A DNA stretch of 43,676 nucleotides from an uncultured Bacteroides sp. (GTDB lineage: Bacteria; Bacteroidota; Bacteroidia; Bacteroidales; Muribaculaceae): assembly GCA_964449335.1 (NCBI GenBank), contig CAYUYQ010000002.1, positions 1-43,676 on the forward strand. The letters are read 5' to 3'. The position numbers were made by a program, and so were the translations under genes. This document shows positions 35,659-43,676 of this stretch, piece after piece (position 1 is the first letter of the stretch; each line of letters starts with the position of its first letter). The notes beneath the pieces were generated by a model. The model was given only the letters and a program-made list of their open reading frames with translations. It made no database searches and was not told where the DNA came from.

Positions 35659-36279
35659 ATGAATACCATTAAGAAATATTTCCCCTCTCTCACCCCGCTA
35701 CAGGAAAAACAGTTCGGCATGCTCGACGGTCTCTATCACGAATGGAATGAGAAAATCAATGTCATATCGCGCAAGGATATAGATAATCTGTATCTACATC
35801 ACGTCCTTCACTCGCTCGCCATTGCCCGATTTATAACACCGGTTGCCGATACAACATTTCTTGATATGGGTACAGGTGGCGGTTTCCCCGGCATTCCCCT
35901 CGCGATTATGTGGCCCGAGTGCTCGATTCACATGATTGACCGAATCGGAAAGAAAATCAAGGTCGCTGCAGATATTGCTGAACGTATCGGGCTAAAAAAC
36001 GTCAGTTTTCAACATGGCGATATTGGTGAATGTCGCACCCGTTATGACTTCGTGGTGAGTCGGGCTGTCATGCGCCTCGACCAACTCGTGCCGCTTGTGC
36101 GCAAAAATATTTCCGCCTCATCGAAAAACGCAATCCCGAATGGATTGTTATGTCTAAAGGGGGGCGACTTGACATCGGAGATTGCCGGTGTGCGCCGACC
36201 GGTAATGGAAGTTCCGCTCGATACGCTTCTTCCTGAGCCGTGTTTTTCCGACAAGTACCTCCTTTACGTTGAAATGTGA
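35659..36279 (+). CDS. rsmG: 16S rRNA m7G527 methyltransferase
   Basis: WNEKINVISRKD, HVLHSL, DMGTGGGFPGIPLAI, VVSRAV and LKGG. Confidence 0.95.
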   Translation: MNTIKKYFPSLTPLQEKQFGMLDGLYHEWNEKINVISRKDIDNLYLHHVLHSLAIARFITPVADTTFLDMGTGGGFPGIPLAIMWPECSIHMIDRIGKKIKVAADIAERIGLKNVSFQHGDIGECRTRYDFVVSRAVMRLDQLVPLVRKNISASSKNAIPNGLLCLKGGDLTSEIAGVRRPVMEVPLDTLLPEPCFSDKYLLYVEM

Positions 36280-36285
36280 AGAATT

Positions 36286-36927
36286 ATGGAAATTAAATCA
36301 TTTGAATTCAGCCTTTTTGAAGTAAATACCTACGTGGTTTGGGACAAAACCACGCTTGAAGCGGCCGTAATTGATCCCGCTATGGTTAAGCCGGCCGAGG
36401 CCGAAACCTTTTCATCATTTATCACCGAAAAGGGTTTGAAGCTGAAATACCTTCTCTGCACACACCTTCATATCGATCACACGTTTGGAATTGACTACGT
36501 GGTCGATACATACGGTTTGAAAGTCAACGCCTCAGCCGGCGATGATTTCTTCGGAAAGCAGCGTGCGGCACAGGCCCGAATGTTCCGGCTCCGTATTCCG
36601 GAGCCAACACCTCTGACCATCGACACCGAACTGCACGACGGCGAGCGGCTCTATCTCGGAAAAGAATATCTCGAGGTGATTGAAACGCCCGGACATTCCC
36701 CCGGCTCGGTATCGTTTTATTGTCCGGCATCGGGATTTGTCATTACAGGCGATGCTTTGTTCCGCGGTAGCATCGGACGCACCGACTTGGCCGGCGGCAA
36801 TCACGCTCAACTTATCCGAAGCATCACCTCACGATTGCTAACGCTTCCCCCGCAGACTATAGTCTATCCGGGCCATGGGCCGTCATCATCGATTGCTTAC
36901 GAGAAGCAATATAATCCGTATATTTAG
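36286..36927 (+). CDS. MBL-fold metallo-hydrolase (glyoxalase II/YcbL-like)
   Basis: THLHIDH, TPGHSPGS, GDALFRGSIGRTD and YPGHG. Confidence 0.9.
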   Translation: MEIKSFEFSLFEVNTYVVWDKTTLEAAVIDPAMVKPAEAETFSSFITEKGLKLKYLLCTHLHIDHTFGIDYVVDTYGLKVNASAGDDFFGKQRAAQARMFRLRIPEPTPLTIDTELHDGERLYLGKEYLEVIETPGHSPGSVSFYCPASGFVITGDALFRGSIGRTDLAGGNHAQLIRSITSRLLTLPPQTIVYPGHGPSSSIAYEKQYNPYI

Positions 36928-36963
36928 CAACGACAAGATTACCCACAGATTTCACGCACAAAG

Positions 36964-38379
36964 CTACTCGCCGTATGTATCGGTGCGTAGCTTTTTCAGC
37001 ATCTGGAGGATGCCCGTCCATTGTATCTTATCGAAAAAATCAGGCGTACCGGCCATTTCCTCGGCCGTCTCTACCATTGTATTGAGATCTGGTCTGACTT
37101 CGTCCTTGTAGCCCGTTTCGATTCCGGCCTTGGCATAAAAATACATCATCACAATGCCGTAAATATCAAGTAGAGTCTTGAAATCGAGATAATCGCACGC
37201 AAGTGTCAACACATCGTGCGGGCGCCTGGCTTTGTCGAGATATTCAGCAATTCTGGCCTTCATGGCAAACCCATTGGCAGGCTCATTGCGATCATACAAT
37301 ATCAGAAATGCTGCAATAAGAGCATCGTTGTTTTCTGCCGCCCTGATAAGTGCATCGGGACCTACCTCGTAGGGAGTGCGATCGGTGTAAAGCAAGAACA
37401 CATCGGCCGGATTAACGTTTGAAAGACTGCTGCCTTCATCACCATAAATAATTTCGAACGCTATCTGACAAACCTTGTCGAGACGGCTTACTTTCATTGC
37501 TGATAGATAACGCTGCTTGCGAACACCGTCGCCACTTGCAGAAGCGAGAAGGATGCCCAGAACTATAGCGTCGGGATTACTGTCGTCGGCTTTTAACACC
37601 TCATCGACCAATCCGAAGCCACGCTCAAATTCTTTTTTTCCGAGCAGAGCCAGATAAGCTAAGAGAATCTGTGCAAGCTCAAACTCCGGTGCGAGAGCCA
37701 GAGCATAGCTTGCATCCCTATCTGCCGAAGCGATATCGGAAAGTCCATAGCCCTCGATACTTGCCTGTAAGTACCAGAACTTGGATTCAAACGGATCCAG
37801 TTCGGTTAGCTTTTTTGCTATCGAAAGTGCTTTGCGGGGGCGCCGGAAATCGTTGGTACAGATAGCAAGTTCATATAGAAATGTATCTTTATACAGGCAT
37901 CGTTCCTCGATAACTTTCTGATTATCGAGCATCCAATCAAGCTGACTTTCTGTTTTGATAATTTCAAAAACGCGAATTATCAGCTCATCGTCCAGACTTT
38001 TACGAGAGGCTTTCATCAGGCCTTTGCACAACGAATTCCACGCTTCAGGAGTCTCGTCGTTATTTAGTCGCATCAGAAGTATGAAGCGATGAAGGGAATC
38101 ATCCGGAAGGCGTTTGGCTATATACTCAACCTCCTCGGTGAGGGAATTATCCAGCCTATGATAGGCTCTTCTGATTAGAAAATCCTCGTCATCGGGATAC
38201 AATTCGTGAGCCAGTGCGAGAATCTCTGTTTGGGTAGTCAGGTCGGCAATATCACCGGCATAATCATAGATACCCAGTAAATCTTCGTCATCAAACTTTT
38301 GAGAACGAAGATTTACCGGGGTTGACAAATATTTTTTGTAGAGTTCTTCCAGCGATAGCTGATCGTCGAATTCACCCAT
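36964..38379 (-). CDS. Helical-repeat (TPR-like) protein, function unknown
   Basis: Acidic all-alpha sequence with TPR-like segments (ALSIAKKLTELDPFESKFWYLQA; ASYALALAPEFELA); 6 nt downstream of glnS. Confidence 0.65.
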   Translation of the reverse strand: MGEFDDQLSLEELYKKYLSTPVNLRSQKFDDEDLLGIYDYAGDIADLTTQTEILALAHELYPDDEDFLIRRAYHRLDNSLTEEVEYIAKRLPDDSLHRFILLMRLNNDETPEAWNSLCKGLMKASRKSLDDELIIRVFEIIKTESQLDWMLDNQKVIEERCLYKDTFLYELAICTNDFRRPRKALSIAKKLTELDPFESKFWYLQASIEGYGLSDIASADRDASYALALAPEFELAQILLAYLALLGKKEFERGFGLVDEVLKADDSNPDAIVLGILLASASGDGVRKQRYLSAMKVSRLDKVCQIAFEIIYGDEGSSLSNVNPADVFLLYTDRTPYEVGPDALIRAAENNDALIAAFLILYDRNEPANGFAMKARIAEYLDKARRPHDVLTLACDYLDFKTLLDIYGIVMMYFYAKAGIETGYKDEVRPDLNTMVETAEEMAGTPDFFDKIQWTGILQMLKKLRTDTYGE

Positions 38380-38385
38380 CTATTA

Positions 38386-40089
38386 TTATTTTTTTTGAGC
38401 CTTTTCCCAGCTGTCTTTAAGCGCGATTGTGCGGTTAAACACCAACTTATCGGGTGTGCTGTCCTTATCCGGAGTGAAGTAGCCGATGCGCTGGAACTGG
38501 AAGTGAGCACCGGGAACGGCATTTTTGGCAAGGAACGGTTCGATTTTCACATGCTCGACAACTTTGAGCGAATCCGGATTGAGAAGTTCGCGGAAATCAC
38601 GCTCTGTTTCTGCTCCGGGATTTTCAACGGCAAACAGACGATCGTAAATCCTTACGGTCGCATCGCCGGCATCGTTGGCCGAAACCCAGTGTAGCGTACC
38701 TTTTACCTTGCGCATGCTTCCGGGCATACCGCTGCGGGTTTCGGGATCGTAGGTACACTGTATTTCCACGATGTTTCCTTCCTCATCCTTGGTGACACCG
38801 GTGCACTTTATAATATATGCGCCTTTCAGACGCACTTCAGCGCCGGGAGCCAGACGGAAGAACTTTTTGGTAGGATTCTCCATAAAGTCATCACGCTCGA
38901 TATAAATTTCGCGAGAGAAAGGCATCTCATGTGTACCCGAATTAGGCTCCTCCGGATTGTTCTCCATCTCCACCATCTCGGTCTTGCCTTCGGGATAGTT
39001 TGTGATAACGAGTTTCACGGGGTTGATTACAGCCATACCTCGGGTCGATATGGCATTGAGATCTTCTCTGACAGCATGCTCCAGAAGCGAGATGTCGTTA
39101 AGAGCCTCGTATTTCGTATAGCCGATTTTATCGACGAAGTTGCGGATGGATTTGGGTGTGAAACCGCGACGGCGCATACCGCTGATTGTCGGCATACGGG
39201 GGTCATCCCAACCGGCTACCAGACCTTCCTTGACCAACTGGAGCAGTTTACGCTTACTCATCACGGTATATGTCAGATTCAAGCGGTTAAACTCAATCTG
39301 GCGGGGGCAATAGCTCTCATCAGCCAATTCCTTAACGAAATATTCATAAAGCGGACGGTGCACCTCAAACTCCAATGTGCAGATTGAGTGAGTGACGCCC
39401 TCGAAATAGTCGCTCTGACCATGGGCGAAGTCATACATGGGATAGACGTTCCATGTATTTCCGGTACGGTGGTGAGGATATTTGATGATGCGATACATTA
39501 TCGGATCACGGAAATGCATATTGGGGTTAGCCATATCGATTTTGGCACGGAGCACACGCGAACCTTCCTCAAATTCGCCTTTGTTCATGCGTTCAAACAA
39601 ATCGAGATTCTCCTCTACCGAGCGATTACGGTACGGACTTTCCGTACCGGAAACCGTGGGTGTCCCTTTCTGACGGGCTATTTCCTCGGATGTCTGATCG
39701 TCAACATAGGCTTTGCCCTCTTTAATCAGGCGTATCGCCAAATCATAGAGTTTCGGGAAATAATCGCTTGCATAGTACTCGCGGTCACCCCAGTCAAAAC
39801 CGAGCCAATGGATATCTTCCTTGATTGAATCGACATACTCCACATCCTCTTTCACCGGATTGGTGTCATCAAATCTCAGATTGCATGTACCACCGAACTT
39901 CTCAGCCACGCCGAAATCCATGCAGATGGCTTTTGCATGGCCTATATGAAGATAGCCGTTGGGTTCGGGCGGGAAACGGGTGTTGAGTCTGCCTCCGTTC
40001 TTACCGGCCTGAAGGTCATCCCACACGGCCTGCTCTACAAAATTAAGTCCTTTTTTCTCCTCGGTAATTTCGATTTCTTTTTCCGACAT
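38386..40089 (-). CDS. glnS: Glutamine--tRNA ligase
   Basis: [17 protein letters not shown] (HIGH), [31 protein letters not shown] and FQFQRIGYF. Confidence 0.97.
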   Translation of the reverse strand: MSEKEIEITEEKKGLNFVEQAVWDDLQAGKNGGRLNTRFPPEPNGYLHIGHAKAICMDFGVAEKFGGTCNLRFDDTNPVKEDVEYVDSIKEDIHWLGFDWGDREYYASDYFPKLYDLAIRLIKEGKAYVDDQTSEEIARQKGTPTVSGTESPYRNRSVEENLDLFERMNKGEFEEGSRVLRAKIDMANPNMHFRDPIMYRIIKYPHHRTGNTWNVYPMYDFAHGQSDYFEGVTHSICTLEFEVHRPLYEYFVKELADESYCPRQIEFNRLNLTYTVMSKRKLLQLVKEGLVAGWDDPRMPTISGMRRRGFTPKSIRNFVDKIGYTKYEALNDISLLEHAVREDLNAISTRGMAVINPVKLVITNYPEGKTEMVEMENNPEEPNSGTHEMPFSREIYIERDDFMENPTKKFFRLAPGAEVRLKGAYIIKCTGVTKDEEGNIVEIQCTYDPETRSGMPGSMRKVKGTLHWVSANDAGDATVRIYDRLFAVENPGAETERDFRELLNPDSLKVVEHVKIEPFLAKNAVPGAHFQFQRIGYFTPDKDSTPDKLVFNRTIALKDSWEKAQKK

Positions 40090-40132
40090 GGTGGTGAGTA
40101 TTGATAGTTTGTTATTTTCTGCTACTTTGATG

Positions 40133-40140
40133 CAAATTTA
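40133..40140 (-). promoter_or_regulatory. -7 box TAAATTTG for glnS
   Basis: caaattta on the + strand, 44 nt upstream of the ATG. Confidence 0.65.
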
Positions 40141-40199
40141 ATGAAAAATCGGGAGCGGGCAATAAAGTTTTACGTCAAGAGCCACCCGACTCTAAAATT

Positions 40200-40232
40200 T
40201 GAGGCCGCCCCATATTGCGTGGGACAGCCTCA
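40200..40232 (-). terminator. Probable terminator after rpsP
   Basis: tgaggccgcccca...tgggacagcctca imperfect GC-rich stem between rpsP and the glnS promoter. Confidence 0.6.
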
Positions 40233-40273
40233 GTGATTTGTCTTCCAACTTAGTGGAGAGAGCGTGAAAACGC

Positions 40274-40813
40274 TTATTCGGCAGCGGGAGCTTCTTCAGC
40301 AGAAACTTCTTCAGCAGCTTTAGCAGCTTCTTCAGCGGCTTTTGCGGCAGCGAGTTCAGCTTTTTTCTTAGCTACGGCCTCAGCCTTGGCGTTGTTCTTG
40401 GCCTGCTCGTCAGCGAGACGCTGCTTGATGGCCTGCTCTTTCTTGTCGGCCATAGAAGTGCGCAGTGCATCAACAGCTGCCTGCTTTTTCTGCTTCCAAG
40501 CCTCGAAACGACGCTGAGCCTCTGCCTCGTCGAATGCACCTTTCTTTACACCACCCTGAAGATGCTTCATCAGAAGTACGCCTTCGTTGGAAAGAATTGT
40601 GCGTACGGTGTCAGTGGGCTGTGCGCCTACGTTGATCCAATACAAAGCCCGTTCGAAGTTTAATGTTATTGTAGCAGGATTAGTGTTCGGATTATAGGAA
40701 CCTATCCTTTCAATAAACTTACCATCTCGTGGTGCCCTGCTATCGGCGATTACAATAGGATAAAACGCATAGTTCTTACGACCATGACGCTGTAATCTGA
40801 TTTTTGTTGCCAT
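40274..40813 (-). CDS. rpsP: 30S ribosomal protein S16 with Bacteroidota-type C-terminal extension
   Basis: [10 protein letters not shown]...[23 protein letters not shown]...GAQPTDTV plus an Ala/Glu/Lys-rich tail. Confidence 0.97.
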   Translation of the reverse strand: MATKIRLQRHGRKNYAFYPIVIADSRAPRDGKFIERIGSYNPNTNPATITLNFERALYWINVGAQPTDTVRTILSNEGVLLMKHLQGGVKKGAFDEAEAQRRFEAWKQKKQAAVDALRTSMADKKEQAIKQRLADEQAKNNAKAEAVAKKKAELAAAKAAEEAAKAAEEVSAEEAPAAE

Positions 40814-40854
40814 TAAATTAGTTAATTAAATTGGTTTTTTATCGTTTTCGGGTG

Positions 40855-40862
40855 CAAAGGTA
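40855..40862 (-). promoter_or_regulatory. -7 box TACCTTTG for rpsP
   Basis: caaaggta on the + strand. Confidence 0.7.
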
Positions 40863-40966
40863 CTACTTTTTTTTGAAATAACTAATTAACTCTCCTAAAT
40901 TTCAGTTGTTTTTGTTGTTTTTAAACTGAGTATGCCCTGAGAATATGTACGTAACGAAATTTTACT

Positions 40967-40974
40967 TAATTTTG
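40967..40974 (+). promoter_or_regulatory. -7 box TAATTTTG for PASTA-rluD
   Basis: Consensus match about 60 nt before GTG 41036. Confidence 0.6.
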
Positions 40975-41035
40975 TACTCGCGGTTATCTGCGCTCCGCCG
41001 CAGCCGTTTTTACTTCTAACGAATATTTTTTCAAC

Positions 41036-41665
41036 GTGGAAACTGAAGAAAAGCCCAAAGTAAGGCGCGCCGACCAGCTATGGTTCAAAGTGCTTATAAA
41101 TCTATTAATAATGTGTGGCGTAGGAATAGTCATCATCTGGATTGCCACAATCTGGCTTGACTCGTGGACGCACCACGGACAATTTCTGGTCGTGCCCGAA
41201 GTCAAAGGCCTTAGCTATGCCGAGGCCGAGAAGAAACTGCTTGGCTCCGGTTTTACCGTTGAATTGACTGACTCAATCTACGACACCACGACCAAGCCCG
41301 GCACCGTCGTCGAGCAAAATCCAAAAGTTGGAACAAAGGTTAAAGACGGACGCCTTATTTACGTGACGATTAATGCCTTCAGCCCCAAGTCAGTCACCGT
41401 ACCAACTCTTACCGACATCTCACTAAGACAAGCTCAATCAACGCTTCAAGGACTTGGAATTAACGACATAGTTGTCAGAATGGTATCGTCTGATTTTAAA
41501 GGATTGGTACTTAAAGCGACCCGTGACGGCGTTCCACTGACGGCAGGCACACGTATTCCGGTAAACTCCCGCGTAGTGCTCGAAGTGGGCGACGGCAATA
41601 TAGCGATGAATGATTCACTCGATTTGGAGGCAATCCCGACCGAACAATCCGATATGATGCAATGA
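41036..41665 (+). CDS. PASTA domain-containing membrane protein
   Basis: One TM, then WTHHG...VPEVKGLSYAEA...PGTVVEQNP and VPTLTDISLRQA PASTA repeats; GTG start. Confidence 0.88.
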   Translation: METEEKPKVRRADQLWFKVLINLLIMCGVGIVIIWIATIWLDSWTHHGQFLVVPEVKGLSYAEAEKKLLGSGFTVELTDSIYDTTTKPGTVVEQNPKVGTKVKDGRLIYVTINAFSPKSVTVPTLTDISLRQAQSTLQGLGINDIVVRMVSSDFKGLVLKATRDGVPLTAGTRIPVNSRVVLEVGDGNIAMNDSLDLEAIPTEQSDMMQ

Positions 41666-42777
41666 GTTCTGACATTATTTCCGAAACGCCTGCTGTAAAT
41701 CCCGAGGAGTCCGCAATCGAAGCGGAGACATCTGACGTAATCGAAGGTGATGAGGGCGAAATGTACGAGCATTTCCGCTTCGTCGCCGACAAGGGTCAGC
41801 AATTGCTCCGGGTCGATAAATTCCTTGTAGAAAGGCTGCAGCGCTCATCGCGCAACCGCGTGCAACAGGCAGCAGAAGCCGGTTGCATACTTGTAAATGG
41901 TAAACCGGTCAAAAGCAACTATCGCGTAAAACCGCTCGACGTGGTGAGCGTGGTGATGGATCGCCCGCGTTACGACTTTGAGATTCTTGCTGAAGACATC
42001 CCTCTTGACATCGTTTATGAGGACGACGATGTGCTTGTAGTCAATAAACAGCCCGGACTTGTGGTGCATCCGGGTCATGGCAACTACCACGGTACGCTTG
42101 TCAATGCGCTTGCATGGCATTTCCGCGACAATCCCAATTACGACGTCAATGATCCCCGCCTTGGACTTGTTCATCGTATCGACAAAGACACCTCCGGCCT
42201 TCTTGTCGTTGCTAAGAATCCCGATGCAAAAACATTTTTGGGAAAACAGTTTTTCGAAAAGACAACGAAACGCGAATATGTAGCTGTGGTATGGGGCACA
42301 CCCAACCCAGAGGAAGGCCGCATCGAGGGCAATATAGGTCGCAATCCGAAAGACCGCCTTCAAATGACGGTCTTCCCCGATGGTTCCGAAGGAAAACATG
42401 CCGCCACAAACTATGATGTTATTGAAAAGTTAGGCTATGTTTCTGTCGTCAAGTGCGTACTCGAAACCGGACGCACACATCAGATAAGAGTCCACATGAA
42501 GCATATCGGTCATCCCCTGCTTAACGATGCGCGATACGGAGGCGATGAAATCCTACGAGGCGAGCGCACGGCCAAGTACCGCCAGTTTGTAGAGAACTGC
42601 TTCAAAATCTGTCCGCGTCAGGCGCTCCATGCGCGTACGCTCGGCTTCATTCACCCCCGTACCCGTAAGGAGATGTTTTTCACCTCCGAAGTGCCTGCCG
42701 ACATGACCTCCATGATAGACCGATGGCGCACTTATAGCGGGGCAACCGCCCTGCGTCAGACAAGCAACAACGAGTGA
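41662..42777 (+). CDS. rluD: RluA-family 23S rRNA pseudouridine synthase (RluD-like, with S4 domain)
   Basis: RVDKFL S4 domain, NKQPGLVVHPG, HRIDKDTSG, LETGRTHQIRVH and RQALHA; ATGA overlap with the PASTA gene. Confidence 0.92.
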   Translation: MSSDIISETPAVNPEESAIEAETSDVIEGDEGEMYEHFRFVADKGQQLLRVDKFLVERLQRSSRNRVQQAAEAGCILVNGKPVKSNYRVKPLDVVSVVMDRPRYDFEILAEDIPLDIVYEDDDVLVVNKQPGLVVHPGHGNYHGTLVNALAWHFRDNPNYDVNDPRLGLVHRIDKDTSGLLVVAKNPDAKTFLGKQFFEKTTKREYVAVVWGTPNPEEGRIEGNIGRNPKDRLQMTVFPDGSEGKHAATNYDVIEKLGYVSVVKCVLETGRTHQIRVHMKHIGHPLLNDARYGGDEILRGERTAKYRQFVENCFKICPRQALHARTLGFIHPRTRKEMFFTSEVPADMTSMIDRWRTYSGATALRQTSNNE

Positions 42778-42851
42778 TAGACGCGGCTTCCAATGCACGT
42801 TTCATCCCCGCGCGTGCATAATCTTAAATAACATTAAGATTAAAGTCATTA

Positions 42852-42884
42852 TTTGACTAAACTTGATTATTATAGCTACCTTTG
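42852..42884 (+). promoter_or_regulatory. Full promoter TTTG-N21-TACCTTTG for the acyltransferase
   Basis: TTTG at 42852-42855 and TACCTTTG at 42877-42884. Confidence 0.7.
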
Positions 42885-42930
42885 AGTAATTTTTAACATC
42901 TATCGGTTCACTTGAAAGTTCTGAGAAGAT

Positions 42931-43676
42931 ATGAATCAAGAATATGACTTCAGCGATATAGCCCCATTCGGGCAAGACGAATTTAAGGAAAAAATGGCAA
43001 AACTCGTCAAGGAGGAGGGTTTTGAAGATGCTGTGAAATATGTGATGCCCGACATTGACTTCCCTCAGTTCGTCAATCAGCTGCTCAGCGTGAAAGACGG
43101 CGACGAGTTTCAGCATAAAATCATGCGCCCGTTCCTTGAAATGCTTGTCAACAAGACTACATCGGGCATTACCGTAGGCGGTCTTGACAATATCAGCCGT
43201 GAAGAGCGTTATACCTTCATGTCAAACCACCGCGATATCGTGCTCGACGCATCGTTTCTCAACTATTGCTTTCTGACCAACGATTTCCCGACATCTGAGG
43301 TGGCAATAGGCAATAATCTGTTGATTTACGATTGGATTACCGATCTTGTGAAGCTCAACAAAAGCTTCATCGTGAAACGAAATCTGAAAATCACTCAGGC
43401 CCTGGTGGCTGCGAGGCAGCTTTCAGCTTATATCCACTATTGCATCAATTCCAAGCACGAAAGCCTTTGGATTGCACAGCGTGAGGGCCGGGCGAAGGAT
43501 TCCAACGATGTCACTCAGGAAAGCCTCATAAAGATGATAAGTCTCGAAGGAGGCGGTTCGACGCTTGAAAATATAATGAGTGTAAATATCGTTCCGGTAG
43601 CCATATCCTACGACTCCGACCCCAACGACTATCTTATAGCTACCGAATTTCTGCTGAAGCCACTCAATCCCGACTT
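42931..43676 (+). CDS. Glycerolipid acyltransferase (PlsB/PlsC-like), truncated by the window end
   Basis: Missing from the ORF track and translated by hand: MNQEYDFSDIAPF...FMSNHRDIVLD (HX4D-type motif)...AIGNNLL...LNKSFIVKR...WIAQREGRAKD...IVPVAISY. Confidence 0.88.
   Translation, partial: MNQEYDFSDIAPFGQDEFKEKMAKLVKEEGFEDAVKYVMPDIDFPQFVNQLLSVKDGDEFQHKIMRPFLEMLVNKTTSGITVGGLDNISREERYTFMSNHRDIVLDASFLNYCFLTNDFPTSEVAIGNNLLIYDWITDLVKLNKSFIVKRNLKITQALVAARQLSAYIHYCINSKHESLWIAQREGRAKDSNDVTQESLIKMISLEGGGSTLENIMSVNIVPVAISYDSDPNDYLIATEFLLKPLNPD

Noticed and set aside
42802-43116. 104-aa - strand ORF
   Set aside because: Antisense to the partial acyltransferase and its promoter.
1-43676. tRNA, rRNA, IS/transposase, integrase, prophage or defence genes
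   Set aside because: No supporting motifs seen. Almost all sequence is accounted for by housekeeping or metabolic CDSs, and MutS2 and the MBL hydrolase are ordinary housekeeping types.

Overview
Chromosomal window from a Bacteroidales bacterium of about 50% GC. The FeoA-FeoB and LpxC-FabZ fusions, extended S16, GT3 glycogen synthase and many TAnnTTTG -7 promoter boxes point to Bacteroidota; a Muribaculaceae-like lineage is a guess. Left to right it holds: glycogen phosphorylase (partial) and glycogen synthase; a tiny signal-peptide + T9SS-CTD-only protein; feoAB behind a palindromic operator; DUF1810; a low-GC secreted metallophosphoesterase; rhaBATD with a divergent AraC regulator; mutS2; hdeD-like; an exported aromatic/Gly-rich disordered protein paired with a FadL/OmpP1-like barrel; an aminotransferase; lolC/E-like; rsfS-ftsH; a barrel-only Omp85; DUF695; DUF3127; a GH29 fucosidase-CutC-transglutaminase operon; lpxD-lpxC/fabZ-lpxA; cvfB-like; rsmG; an MBL hydrolase; glnS with a TPR-like gene; rpsP; PASTA-rluD; and a partial acyltransferase. 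I saw no mobile elements, CRISPR arrays, tRNA or rRNA. The best candidate for an undescribed system is the 26586-31282 operon. Its transglutaminase-fold protein closely follows the eukaryotic NGLY1/Png1 peptide:N-glycanase motifs and is co-transcribed with a secreted fucosidase and CutC, which suggests a periplasmic N-glycopeptide deglycosylation module. All family calls come from motif recognition by eye; no database searches were run.
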